From Dehalococcoidia bacterium (GTDB lineage Bacteria > Chloroflexota > Dehalococcoidia > Plut-88900), in NCBI GenBank assembly GCA_965116945.1, contig OZ220734.1, positions 598,610 through 662,609 on the forward strand: DNA of 64,000 nucleotides, read 5' to 3'. The notes beneath the pieces are model-generated. The model searched no databases and had not been told where the DNA came from. It saw only the letters and a program-made list of their open reading frames with translations. Positions within the stretch are counted from its first letter, which is position 1. Every line of letters starts with the position of its first letter. Made by a program: the position numbers and the translations under genes. Below, in pieces: positions 47,428 to 56,781 of this stretch.

Positions 47428-48704
47428 GCCCCCGCCTGCCTGCTTTCCTTTCGTTCGTGTTCCGGCGGTCGCTGCCCAACGACTACCTGACTACTCAGCT
47501 GGAAAAGGCGTGTGCCGCAAATGTCTGTCCCATCTGCACCTTCGAAGGGGAGGCGCGTTACAACTGGATCTGGAGCTTCCTGTGGGAGCATGTGAACGAC
47601 CCCGACATCCGGGAGGAATTCATAGCTGCCGGGGGGATGTGTCGGGCGGACCTGTGGCGCTCGGTAGAGGTGGCGCGGAACGTAATCAAGAACTCGCTGG
47701 GTGTGGCGATGGTATTCCAGCACCTGGTGAAGGTAGTTACGAGGGCGCTGGAGAGTGAGCGATCAGGGGAGAGGTGGATTGGGACGGCGCCCTGGAGCTT
47801 CAAGTTGGGGCAAGGGTGCCAGGCGTGCGAGACGGCGTCGGGGGCGGGGAGGCGGGGACTGGCACGCTTGCTGCTGGCTGCCACGGTAGAGAAGCCGCCC
47901 GGTTGGCTCGAACCAGGGTTTCCGTTGTGCAGAGGGCATTTTGAGGCATTAGTCTCATCAACGCGAAGACCCGAGGAGCGGCCCCGGTTGTACGAGCTTC
48001 AAAATTCGGGCTTATCGAGGTTTTCGAAGGGGGGCGGCTCGGGGGTGGGGGATAGGCGGGTTGAAGCGGCGATTCTGCCTGTTCCAGGTCTATTTCCGGT
48101 ACCGATAAGGTCGGAGAGCGTTTATGTGAATGCGTCGGAGAGGTGCCCGGTGTGTGAGCGGCTGCAACGGTCGGAAGGGGACTCGGCTTTTCCCGAGTCG
48201 GGGCGGGTGAATCTCTGTTTAGCACACTACCGAGGGACAAGGTCACCTGGCAGCAGGCTCTTTGCCCATCTTGATCCTGCGGAGGAGTCGGGGGGGCAGG
48301 GTGAGGTAGATGACTGTCCAATGTGTTTGCAACGGAGAGAGCTGGAGGAGCGGGCGCTGGAGGAGGCAGTATCCCAGATCAAAGATTTCGGGGCGCGGGA
48401 CCTGTTGTGCCTCGGGCATCTGACATGGGTTCTGAGGGAGATGGGTGGGGAGGGGAGCGGGGCATTCCTGAAGGACCAACTGGAAAGATTGAATACGCTT
48501 ATAGGGGAACTGGACGATTTCATTGCGCTGCACGACTACCGGTACGGAAAGCAGCCGGCGGAGAACCCCGACTCGCCCTACAGGTGGGCTTTGCGGTTCC
48601 TGTCGTCGGAGCCGAGCATTTACGCCCATAACCTGCCGTTGGGGGGCTCGGAAAGATTTCTGCCGAGCAGGAGGGGGAACCTGGCGTCGGGGCGGCGTTC
48701 TTGA
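47424..48704 (+). CDS. Cys-rich hypothetical protein with four CxxC...C.H modules (putative C3H zinc-binding repeats)
   Basis: CPICTF...MCRADLW; CQACET...LCRGHF; CPVCER...LCLAHY; CPMCLQ...LCLGHL. Putative GTG start overlaps the upstream stop (GTGA). The N-terminal 77 aa of the ORF overlap copy 4 and were rejected. Confidence 0.45.
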   Translation: MSPRLPAFLSFVFRRSLPNDYLTTQLEKACAANVCPICTFEGEARYNWIWSFLWEHVNDPDIREEFIAAGGMCRADLWRSVEVARNVIKNSLGVAMVFQHLVKVVTRALESERSGERWIGTAPWSFKLGQGCQACETASGAGRRGLARLLLAATVEKPPGWLEPGFPLCRGHFEALVSSTRRPEERPRLYELQNSGLSRFSKGGGSGVGDRRVEAAILPVPGLFPVPIRSESVYVNASERCPVCERLQRSEGDSAFPESGRVNLCLAHYRGTRSPGSRLFAHLDPAEESGGQGEVDDCPMCLQRRELEERALEEAVSQIKDFGARDLLCLGHLTWVLREMGGEGSGAFLKDQLERLNTLIGELDDFIALHDYRYGKQPAENPDSPYRWALRFLSSEPSIYAHNLPLGGSERFLPSRRGNLASGRRS

Positions 48705-48768
48705 CATTGACGCACCAGCCTTCGTAAAATCTCGATAGAGGAAATCCACCAAAAGCCGGAAGACTGCC

Positions 48769-49116
48769 ATGACAACAGCGCCAACTTTGCCCACAATCCA
48801 CGTAACGGAGCAGGCTGCAAAGCAGATGCAGAAACTTGCTTCCAGGGAAGGCTACGACGACTTTGGCCTCCGAATGTCGGTCAAGGGGGGTGGTTGCTCG
48901 GGGCTGACGTACAAGCTGGGCTTCGCCGAGACGGCAAAGAAGGACGACAAGGTCATAGAGGAGCACGGGGTAAAATTGTTCGTGGACTTCAAGAGCATGT
49001 TCTACTTGGGGGGCACGGTCCTGGACTTCTCCGGGGGGCTGAACGGCAAGGGCTTCGAGTTCACGAACCCTAACGCCAAGACGACGTGCGGGTGCGGGAA
49101 CTCGTTCTCGGTGTAG
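48769..49116 (+). CDS. IscA/HesB-family iron-sulfur cluster insertion protein
   Basis: C-terminal ...TTCGCGNSFSV and CSGLTYKL motifs. Confidence 0.85.
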   Translation: MTTAPTLPTIHVTEQAAKQMQKLASREGYDDFGLRMSVKGGGCSGLTYKLGFAETAKKDDKVIEEHGVKLFVDFKSMFYLGGTVLDFSGGLNGKGFEFTNPNAKTTCGCGNSFSV

Positions 49117-49190
49117 ACGCAAGCCACATAGACGAGGCGACTCGGGGGCCTTCCAGTTGATTGGAAGGCCCCTTTCTTCTACCATCTATT
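49041..49190. repeat. Direct repeat copy 1 (iscA 3-prime end plus its terminator)
   Basis: About 150 bp and about 92% identical to 49502-49652; the two copies flank the HicB-like gene. Confidence 0.8.
49144..49180 (+). terminator. Intrinsic terminator after iscA
   Basis: GGGGGCCTTCC AGTTGATT GGAAGGCCCC followed by TTTCTTCT. Confidence 0.6.
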
Positions 49191-49211
49191 TCTCTAAGGT
49201 AGTGGAGGGCG

Positions 49212-49424
49212 ATGCACAAATACGAGGTCATCATCTATTGGAGCAATGAGGACGGGGCATTCGTGGCCGAAGTCCCGGAGCTTCCCGGTTGCGCGGCCCA
49301 CGGAGATACTCAACAAGCGGCCCTGGAGCAGATCGGACAAGCTATAGATCTGTGGCTGGAAACGGCGCGAGAGTTTGGCGATTCGATCCCCGAACCGAAG
49401 GGCGAACGGCTGATGCTGGCGTAG
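49212..49424 (+). CDS. HicB-like (UPF0150) small protein
   Basis: MHKYEVIIYWSNEDGAFVAEVPELPGCAAHGDTQQAALEQIGQAIDLWLE. Confidence 0.7.
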   Translation: MHKYEVIIYWSNEDGAFVAEVPELPGCAAHGDTQQAALEQIGQAIDLWLETAREFGDSIPEPKGERLMLA

Positions 49425-49501
49425 GGACTCGCGACGGACACCCCTTTTTAGGGGGTGGAATGGGCTTGAGGCTCTTAGCGTTTTTGACTCTCATCAAGCC
49501 G

Positions 49502-49652
49502 ATTGAACGGCAAGGGTTTCGAGTTCACGAACCCTAATGCCAAGACAACGTGCGGGTGCGGGAACTCCTTCTCGGTGTAGACTCAAGCAACATATACGAG
49601 GCGACTCGGGGGTCTTCCGGTTGATTGGAAGGCCCCTTTCTTTTAGGATTTG
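49502..49652. repeat. Direct repeat copy 2 (diverged duplicate of the iscA 3-prime end and terminator)
   Basis: ...AACGGCAAGGGTTTCGAGTTCACGAACCCTAATGCCAAGACAACGTGCGGGTGCGGGAACTCCTTCTCGGTGTAG...GGGGGTCTTCCGGTTGATTGGAAGGCCCCTTTCTTTT. Confidence 0.8.
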
Positions 49653-49681
49653 ATATACAAATTCTTGGGAAGACGAGAGCC

Positions 49682-50692
49682 ATGACTCAGACTGCAGAAT
49701 TCACATCTACCGAAATAGCCCTGTGTGCCGCAAGGGAAGGCGTTGCCCTCGCCCGGCCCCCGATGCCCGGCATTTTGCGCATGACGGGGGAGGATGCGCT
49801 GGACCTGGTGGACCGGCTTTCGACGAATGAGGTCGTTGAAAGGCCCGTGGGTTCGGGGGTGGTGACGGTGCTGACGACCAACAAGGGTCGCGTGGTAGAC
49901 CTGCTGACGGTGCTGTACGCGGCCGACCACTGGCTGGTACTCACCTCACCCGGGAACCAGCAGAAGGTCGTCGATTGGATTGAGGAGTTCACGTTCGGGG
50001 AGGAGATTGAACTGGAGGATGTGACGGAGGAGAAAGGGTTTATCACGGTGGTCGGGCCCAGGGCGGAAGACAAGGTGAGAGAAGTATCGGGGGAGGATGC
50101 GCGTGAACTTGCGGACTATCACTGCGTTGAGGCAACGATAGCAGGGGTGGAAGTGATTGTTTATAGGGGCGGGGTGGGGATGGAAAGGGCGTTTAACGTA
50201 ATTGCGCCCTCGGGTGGGGTGGAAGCCATAAGCTCGGCGTTGGTCGGGGCGGGGGTGGTGGAGATGGATGCAGAGACATACGAAGTGTTCCGCGTAGGGG
50301 CGGGGGTCCCGGTTTTCGGCGCGGAGATGGGTGAGGAAGTGAACCCGTTGGAGGCAGGGCTATGGGAGGCGGTGAGTTTTACCAAGGGGTGCTACGTGGG
50401 CCAGGAGGTCGTGGCACGGCTGAACACATACGAGAAGGTGAAGCGGCACCTGTCCATGCTGAGCTTCGAAGACGGCGCAGCGCTGGAGCCCGGGACGACC
50501 TTGACGGTTGATGGGAAGGAAGCGGGGAAGATCACGTCGGTGGCGCCGGTGGCGGTGTCGGGGCGGAGGGCTGCGCTGGGGTACGTTAGGAAGAAGTACG
50601 CTGAGCCGGAAGCGAAGTTGATCGCTGAAACAGCCGATGGCACGGTGGTTTGCCAGTTTGTTGAGAGGGTCGGGAGACGGGAGGAGGGCTAG
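49682..50692 (+). CDS. ygfZ: YgfZ/CAF17-family folate-binding Fe-S repair protein (GcvT-like fold)
   Basis: KGCYVGQE signature; adjacent to iscA. Confidence 0.8.
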   Translation: MTQTAEFTSTEIALCAAREGVALARPPMPGILRMTGEDALDLVDRLSTNEVVERPVGSGVVTVLTTNKGRVVDLLTVLYAADHWLVLTSPGNQQKVVDWIEEFTFGEEIELEDVTEEKGFITVVGPRAEDKVREVSGEDARELADYHCVEATIAGVEVIVYRGGVGMERAFNVIAPSGGVEAISSALVGAGVVEMDAETYEVFRVGAGVPVFGAEMGEEVNPLEAGLWEAVSFTKGCYVGQEVVARLNTYEKVKRHLSMLSFEDGAALEPGTTLTVDGKEAGKITSVAPVAVSGRRAALGYVRKKYAEPEAKLIAETADGTVVCQFVERVGRREEG

Positions 50693-52785
50693 CGGGTCGG
50701 GAGGCCGAAGGTTCTGAGGTTGGACTCCAGGACGGCGGGGTCGTTGGTGGGGAGGGCGCAGGTGTTTCCGGCGCAGACGTAGACCTGGGGCCCGACCTCC
50801 CTGGACATCATGCCCTGTACCGCGGGCGGGAGGAGGGATGGGTCGCTCTTTTCCGGATCATAGAGCGAGACGATCTTGTGGGGCCGGTAGGTGGCGAGGG
50901 CCTTCTTCCAGAGGGTTAGGGTGAGGGAGTCTGCCTCTGGGCCGACGATTACGGCGTGGGCCGGGGGGTTGAGGTGCTGGTCCAAGGCGAGGAAGTAGGT
51001 GCTGGCGAAGAGGCCGTACTGGTCGGCCATCGGGCCGAAGAGCTTCAGGGTTTGTTCCGCTTTGTCGCGATATTCCTCACGATGGGTCAGGTAGTAGAGT
51101 CTATCGAGGGTGAGGGCGGCTACGGAGTTTGTCCCGGGGGTGGGGGAGTCCTGGATGGGCTTGTCGGCCTCTTCCAGCCCCACCGAGCCCCGCTTGAAGT
51201 CGGCGAGATCAAAGAAGCCGGATTCGATGTCGTCCCAGAAGTGCTCAATGGTGAAGTCCATCAGCTCTTGAGCAAGGGTGAGGTATCGGGTTTCAGCGGT
51301 GGCTTCATGGGCGTCGAGTAGGGCTCGGGCCATATGGACCTGGTCGTCGAGGAGGCCGTCGACCTTGGCTTCGCCGTCTACGAGGCTGTGGTAAAAGCCC
51401 CGACCGGGCTTGTAAGCCTCGTCTACCAGCCGGTCGATGGCCTTGAGGGCCGAATCACGGCAGCTCTCCAATCCCAGGCCCTTGTAGGCCTCCAGGTGGG
51501 CAGAGGCCATCATGCCGTTCCAGCCGGAGTAGACGGTGGCATCGATGTAGGGCTCGGGTCTGAGGGCCCGGGCTTCAATCAAAGACTGTTTGGCGGCGTC
51601 GATGCGTTCGGCGATGTAGTCTTCTTCGAGGTCAAGGCGGCGGGCGATGGTGTCGGGAGCGGCGTCCACGAACAGAACGTTCTTGGCGGGGTTGTGGTGC
51701 ATTTCGCCGCGGGGCTCTACGTTGTAGTAGAGGGAGATGATGCGGGTGTCCTCAGGGGATAGAACGTCCTCTACTTCCTGGAGAGTCCATGTGAAGTAGT
51801 CTCCGTCGTCATCGAGTCCGACATCGGCGTCCTGGCTGGCGTAGAAGCCGCCGCGGTCGGGGTCTGAGGCGACTTCGGAGACCCATTTCACGATTCCTTC
51901 CGAAATCTCTCTGAACAGGTCGGAGCCCGTGGCCTGGTAAGCGTGGACGTAGTTCCTGAGAAGTTCCGAGTTGTCGTAGGACATCTTCTCGAAGTGGGGG
52001 ACTATCCAGCGTTCGTCCACGGAGTAGCGGTGGAAACCTCCCCCAAGCTGGTCGTAGACGCCGCCGAGGGCCATCTTGTCCAGGGTCTTGTTGATGATGA
52101 TGCTCAGCCAGTCCTCGCCGGTGGCGTAGTGTCGGGAGAGGGCAAGCTCGATGGCGGAGGTGTGGGGGAATTTCGGGGCCCGGCCGAAACCGCCGTGGAC
52201 TATGTCGAAGCCCTGACCTATGGCCTCGAGGGCGGCGTCGATAGCCGAGTCCTGGAGCAGGTGGCCTTCCTCGCCCTGCACGGTGAGTTTGCCCAGATGC
52301 TCCTTGATCTTTCTGGCATTTTCGAGGGCCGAGGGCCTGTCGTCCCTGTAGAGGTCGCTGATGCGAGCTAGGAGGGTCTTGTAGCCGGGCCTGCCGTGCA
52401 TGTCGTTCTTGGGGAAGTAGGTGCCGCCGTAGAATACCTGTCCCTGGTCGGTGAGGAAGGCGGTAAGGGGCCAGCCGCCCTGGCCCGTGATGGCGCCGAC
52501 AGCGCCCTGGTAGCGGCGGTCGACCTCGGGCCTTTCGTCCCGGTCGACCTTAACGGCGATAAAGTGGTCGTTGATGATGGCAGCGACTTCGGGGTCTTCG
52601 TAGCTCTCACGGTCCATGACGTGGCACCAATGGCACCATACTGCCCCGATGTCGAGGAGTACGGGCTTATTCTGTCGGGCGGCGAGGAGGAAGGGTTCTT
52701 CGCCCCACGGGTGCCAGTCGATAGGCTGGTGGGCGGCGCTTTTGAGGTAGGCGCTGGATTCGTTGGTCAGGCGGTTTGTGGTCAT
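50689..52785 (-). CDS. Thioredoxin-domain protein of the DUF255 / YyaL family (N-acylglucosamine-2-epimerase-like C-terminal domain)
   Basis: N-terminus ...[10 protein letters not shown]...[24 protein letters not shown]; 698 aa. Confidence 0.8.
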   Translation of the reverse strand: MTTNRLTNESSAYLKSAAHQPIDWHPWGEEPFLLAARQNKPVLLDIGAVWCHWCHVMDRESYEDPEVAAIINDHFIAVKVDRDERPEVDRRYQGAVGAITGQGGWPLTAFLTDQGQVFYGGTYFPKNDMHGRPGYKTLLARISDLYRDDRPSALENARKIKEHLGKLTVQGEEGHLLQDSAIDAALEAIGQGFDIVHGGFGRAPKFPHTSAIELALSRHYATGEDWLSIIINKTLDKMALGGVYDQLGGGFHRYSVDERWIVPHFEKMSYDNSELLRNYVHAYQATGSDLFREISEGIVKWVSEVASDPDRGGFYASQDADVGLDDDGDYFTWTLQEVEDVLSPEDTRIISLYYNVEPRGEMHHNPAKNVLFVDAAPDTIARRLDLEEDYIAERIDAAKQSLIEARALRPEPYIDATVYSGWNGMMASAHLEAYKGLGLESCRDSALKAIDRLVDEAYKPGRGFYHSLVDGEAKVDGLLDDQVHMARALLDAHEATAETRYLTLAQELMDFTIEHFWDDIESGFFDLADFKRGSVGLEEADKPIQDSPTPGTNSVAALTLDRLYYLTHREEYRDKAEQTLKLFGPMADQYGLFASTYFLALDQHLNPPAHAVIVGPEADSLTLTLWKKALATYRPHKIVSLYDPEKSDPSLLPPAVQGMMSREVGPQVYVCAGNTCALPTNDPAVLESNLRTFGLPTR

Positions 52786-52851
52786 GCTTGTCTACTTGAC
52801 GAGATTAGTCGTGGAGAATGCTAACAGGTCTGGTCGGCGGTTTCCCGACCT

Positions 52852-53127
52852 CTAATCATTGAAAGGAGACCGCCTGGAAAGCCAGACGTATGGAGTCGGA
52901 TGGCCGACCCGGACGGCCCATGTCATTGCGTCGGGGTGACGGTCGAGAAGGCGGCTAGTTGCATCGGCGTCACGGGTGTCTACCTCATAGTCGCCGCTAA
53001 AGACATCAATCACCACGAATTTTCCATTCTCTCGGGGTTCGACTTTGGAGCGGATTCTTTGTTCGTAGAGGGCGGCGCCTCGGGCAGGGAGGTCAGCGGG
53101 CATTGATTGCGACATGCTCAAACTCAT
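52852..53127 (-). CDS. Small hypothetical protein (DUF5678-like?)
   Basis: 91 aa; ...GKFVVIDVFSGDYEVD... Family assignment is uncertain. Confidence 0.35.
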   Translation of the reverse strand: MSLSMSQSMPADLPARGAALYEQRIRSKVEPRENGKFVVIDVFSGDYEVDTRDADATSRLLDRHPDAMTWAVRVGHPTPYVWLSRRSPFND

Positions 53128-53225
53128 AGGGCTATGCTAACACGCTCAGGCATCCCGGACACAGTCCCATGTATTGGGGATGGAGTGGGAGGATGGTATA
53201 TTACCTAAACAGGAGGGCACCCCAG

Positions 53226-54011
53226 ATGAACAACCACAACAACCCCGCAGCATTCAGGGCCGAGACCCGCTCGGGGGCTTTTGCGGGGGTCACGGCGGGC
53301 GTCGCGCCCGGATACACGCAGGCGAACCTGGCGATTCTGCCGAAGGAGTACGCTTTCGACTTCCTGCTGTTCTGCCAGCGGAACCGCAAGCCGTGTCCCC
53401 TGATCGAGGTGCTGGAGCCTGGTCAGGTTGAGCCTCGGGCGTCGGCGCCGGGGGCGGACATACGCACGGACCTGCCAGCCTACCGGGTGTACCGGGATGG
53501 GGTGCTGGAAGCCGAGGTACCGGACATCGCAGAGTACTGGCGCGACGATATGGTGTCGTTCCTGCTGGGATGCAGCTTCACATTCGAAGAGGCGTTGATG
53601 CGGGCGCAGATCCCGATGCGCCATATCGAGGAGGGATCCAACGTCTCGATGTACGTGACGAACATAGATACACAGAGCGCCGGGGTGTTCTCGGGGCCGA
53701 TGGTGGTGAGCATGAGGCCTGTAGCCCACTCCCAGGTTGTCAAGGCGGTGCAGGTGACGTCCCGGTACCCGGACGTGCACGGGGCGCCGATCCACGTCGG
53801 GGAGCCGGGAGCTATCGGGATAAAGGACATTTCGAAGCCCGACTACGGAGACCCCGTGGAGTTCAAGGAGAACGAAACGCCGGTGTTCTGGGCGTGCGGA
53901 GTTACTCCACAGGCAGTCGCCGAGAAGTCCCGACCGTCGTTGATGATCACGCACGCGCCGGGATACATGTTCGTGACGGATATTCCGAACGAGACGACGG
54001 CAGCCTTGTAG
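53226..54011 (+). CDS. DUF1445 / UPF0317 putative hydro-lyase (D-glutamate-cyclase-like domain)
   Basis: Start MNNHNNP with AGGAGGG 9 nt upstream; ...GYTQANLAILP... pattern (recalled family). Confidence 0.6.
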   Translation: MNNHNNPAAFRAETRSGAFAGVTAGVAPGYTQANLAILPKEYAFDFLLFCQRNRKPCPLIEVLEPGQVEPRASAPGADIRTDLPAYRVYRDGVLEAEVPDIAEYWRDDMVSFLLGCSFTFEEALMRAQIPMRHIEEGSNVSMYVTNIDTQSAGVFSGPMVVSMRPVAHSQVVKAVQVTSRYPDVHGAPIHVGEPGAIGIKDISKPDYGDPVEFKENETPVFWACGVTPQAVAEKSRPSLMITHAPGYMFVTDIPNETTAAL

Positions 54012-54022
54012 AAAGTAAGTCC

Positions 54023-54874
54023 ATGACTATAGAAGACATCATCCTGAGTCGAGACACACGCGGCGTTTCCCGCTTGAGACGCAAATTGCCACCCGACTTC
54101 TGCAGTCGGGCGGCGGAGTACGTGCTGGAGTCGGAGGGGTCGGTGATCATACTGACGGGCTTCTACGTGAAGGGGTCGTGGGAGACGGACGGGCCTCCAG
54201 GGGCGGTGGCGATAGGTCGAGCACTGGAAAAGCTGGGGAGGAAGGTGACCTACATCACCGATGGAGCGGCGCCGATGCTGCGAAAGCTGGTGGGAGGGGC
54301 CAGGAAGAAGGTCCGGGAATTCGCAATTGCAGGCCACGAAATCAGCAAGCTGGAGTCAAGGAGCCTCCTGACGGAGTTGAAGCCGGGGCTAGCGATCTCG
54401 ATAGAGCGGGCGGGGATGACGAGGGAGTCGAAGCTGTACCTGAACATGAGGGGCGTGGATATATCTGAGAATACGGCGAAGCTTGACTACCTGTTCCAGG
54501 CGGTGGACAGTACCGTGGCGATTGGAGACGGCGGCAACGAGATAGGAATGGGGTCGGTGTATGAGCACATACCTGCTGTCTCGACCCTCGTGCCCGACCC
54601 GGCAACCACCCCCGCCGAGCATCTGATCATCGCGAGCGTTTCGAACTGGGGAGGGTATGGGTTGGTGGCGTGTCTTTCCGCCCTGACGGGCAAGGACCTG
54701 CTCCCGACGACGGACCAAGAGTTCAAGTGGGTGAAGAAATGGATAGATGCTGGTGGGGTTGATGGGATATCGGGTGAGAAGGTGTACACGGTGGACAACA
54801 TGGAAGCCGTACATACCGCCGAGGTCCTGGCCCGGCTCCGGAGAGAGGTGGCGGCAGCGAGGGCGGCGGCATGA
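54023..54874 (+). CDS. DUF4392-like protein (partner domain of DUF1445 in D-glutamate cyclase)
   Basis: Start MTIEDIIL inside the longer ORF 53570-54874 (the upstream part overlaps the previous gene). Adjacent to DUF1445. Confidence 0.5.
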   Translation: MTIEDIILSRDTRGVSRLRRKLPPDFCSRAAEYVLESEGSVIILTGFYVKGSWETDGPPGAVAIGRALEKLGRKVTYITDGAAPMLRKLVGGARKKVREFAIAGHEISKLESRSLLTELKPGLAISIERAGMTRESKLYLNMRGVDISENTAKLDYLFQAVDSTVAIGDGGNEIGMGSVYEHIPAVSTLVPDPATTPAEHLIIASVSNWGGYGLVACLSALTGKDLLPTTDQEFKWVKKWIDAGGVDGISGEKVYTVDNMEAVHTAEVLARLRREVAAARAAA

Positions 54875-55809
54875 AGATCTGTTCACTACTACCAAGCAGC
54901 ACAGAGATAGTGTTCGCGTTGGGGTTGGGGGACTCGCTTGTCGGGGTTACGCACGAGTGCGACTATCCGGCGGAGACGGCAGGCATCCCATCGGTGACGT
55001 CCAGCGTGGTGAACGGGGAGTCGATGAGCGGGAAGGACATCCACGACGCTATCACGGGGTTGGTCCACGGCGGGAGCAGCATTTACAACCTGGACCAGGA
55101 ACTGCTGGACGAGGCCGGCCCCGACCTTATCCTCACCCAGGAACTGTGCGACGTTTGCGCGGTGTCCTACCACCAGGTCGAGGCTGCGGCATCGATGCTG
55201 CAATGCGACACCCGGGTGGTCTCCCTGGAGCCGAGCTCCGTCGGTGAGATACTGGACACGATCAGGATAGTGGGGGAGATGGCGGGGGTAGAGGGTCGGG
55301 CGGAGGAGGTGATTAGCGGGCTGAGGGCTCGGGTGGAACGGATAGAGAGGATAGCGTCCCAAGCCCAGAGCAAGCCTCGGGTACTGTGCATGGAGTGGCT
55401 GGACCCGGTTTTCGTGGGCGGTCACTGGGTGCCGGAGATGGTGGCTATGGCGGGCGGGGAGGATGGGCTGGGCATTGCAGGCAAACCATCTTTCCAGGTG
55501 GACTGGGGCAGGATCGCCGAATACAACCCCGACCTGATCGTGGCGATGCCCTGCGGGTTCAGCGCGGGCCGGACGATGATGGAGATGGAGAAGACCGTCT
55601 TCCCCGACGAGTGGCACGAACTGGATGCGGTGAAGCGGGGGGAGGTGTACGTGGTGGACGGGTCGTCGTACTTCAACCGGCCCGGGCCCCGGGTGGTTGA
55701 CGGGCTGGAGATATTGGCCCAGATCTTCCATCCTGAGCTGTTTTCACCCGAAGGGGCCAGGTTCGGGGGGATGGTGAAGGTGCCTTATCCGGTCCGGACT
55801 GCAAACTAG
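54871..55809 (+). CDS. ABC-transporter substrate-binding protein family (Fe-siderophore / cobalamin class, PF01497-like)
   Basis: MKICSLLPSSTEIVFALGLGDSLVGVTHECDYP...; no obvious signal peptide. Confidence 0.65.
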   Translation: MKICSLLPSSTEIVFALGLGDSLVGVTHECDYPAETAGIPSVTSSVVNGESMSGKDIHDAITGLVHGGSSIYNLDQELLDEAGPDLILTQELCDVCAVSYHQVEAAASMLQCDTRVVSLEPSSVGEILDTIRIVGEMAGVEGRAEEVISGLRARVERIERIASQAQSKPRVLCMEWLDPVFVGGHWVPEMVAMAGGEDGLGIAGKPSFQVDWGRIAEYNPDLIVAMPCGFSAGRTMMEMEKTVFPDEWHELDAVKRGEVYVVDGSSYFNRPGPRVVDGLEILAQIFHPELFSPEGARFGGMVKVPYPVRTAN

Positions 55810-55815
55810 GGCGTC

Positions 55816-56217
55816 ATGGTTTCCGAGGGAGACGCCATAGCCGATGTAACGGCGGCCAACGAGCGGTTCTACCGGGCGTTCGAAAGCCTGGATATTGAGC
55901 AGATGGCGGGGGTGTGGGTGCAGGACGACTCGGCGCAGGTAATTCACCCTGGATGGACTTTGAAGTCGGGGTGGGAAGACGTGAGGGAGAGCTGGGCTGT
56001 GATATTCAGGAACACCCGCTACATGGAGTTCAACCTGACGGGTGTGGAGGTGCTGGTGTCGGGGCCGTGGGCCCGGGTGACGTGCACTGAGAACCTGCGA
56101 AGCGTGTCGGGCGGGCAGGAGAACATGGGGCTCGTGCAGGCTACCAACCTGTACACGCTGCAGGGCGACAGGTGGCTGATGGTCCACCACCACGGGTCAC
56201 CGATATTCACGGGTTGA
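55816..56217 (+). CDS. NTF2-like / SnoaL-like (DUF4440) protein
   Basis: 133 aa; ...ANERFYRAFESLDIEQMAGVW... pattern. Confidence 0.65.
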   Translation: MVSEGDAIADVTAANERFYRAFESLDIEQMAGVWVQDDSAQVIHPGWTLKSGWEDVRESWAVIFRNTRYMEFNLTGVEVLVSGPWARVTCTENLRSVSGGQENMGLVQATNLYTLQGDRWLMVHHHGSPIFTG

Positions 56218-56395
56218 GCCGGCCTACTCCTCTATCCGGGCAAGGCACTTCATTCAAATCGTAGCCACGTGTGGTGCTAATCTTCTCTCCGCGCGGAAGG
56301 CCTTCGTCTCCCTACGCTCCAACTGGCAAATCCTCAAAGCGCCAGTACCAAGGGATGTTAGAATCGGAACAGCTTAGGCAACGAGGAAAACAATA

Positions 56396-56779
56396 ATGAA
56401 GATCAAGATTACGAGCGTATTTGTAGACGATCAGGACAAGGCTCTCAGGTTCTACACGGAAGTCTTGGGGTTCGTTAAGAAGCAGGACTTTCCGGTGGGG
56501 GAGTTCAAATGGCTCACAGTCGTTTCCCCGGAGGAACCGGATGATGTTGAGCTGCTTCTTGAACCGAACGCCAATCCCGCTGCCGGCACTTACCAGAAGG
56601 CCCTCTTCGAGCAGGGGATCGCCCAGACCGGATTTGCAGTTGAAGACATCAACAAAGAGTACGAACGGCTAAAGGGGCTGGGCGTTGCATTCATGATGGA
56701 GCCCACGGATGCAGGTACGGCCGTAATTGCCGTTTTCAATGACACCTGCGGCAATTGGATACAGCTGTACCAAGTCTAA
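56396..56779 (+). CDS. VOC-family (glyoxalase / bleomycin-resistance fold) protein
   Basis: 127 aa; MKIKITSVFVDDQDKALRFYTEVLGF... Confidence 0.8.
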   Translation: MKIKITSVFVDDQDKALRFYTEVLGFVKKQDFPVGEFKWLTVVSPEEPDDVELLLEPNANPAAGTYQKALFEQGIAQTGFAVEDINKEYERLKGLGVAFMMEPTDAGTAVIAVFNDTCGNWIQLYQV

Positions 56780-56781
56780 CC

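Noticed and set aside
47800-49185. Minus-strand ORFs 47800-48321, 48243-48794 and 48520-49185.
   Set aside because: They are Pro/Ser/Arg-rich translations antisense to the Cys-rich protein gene and to iscA, so they are spurious.
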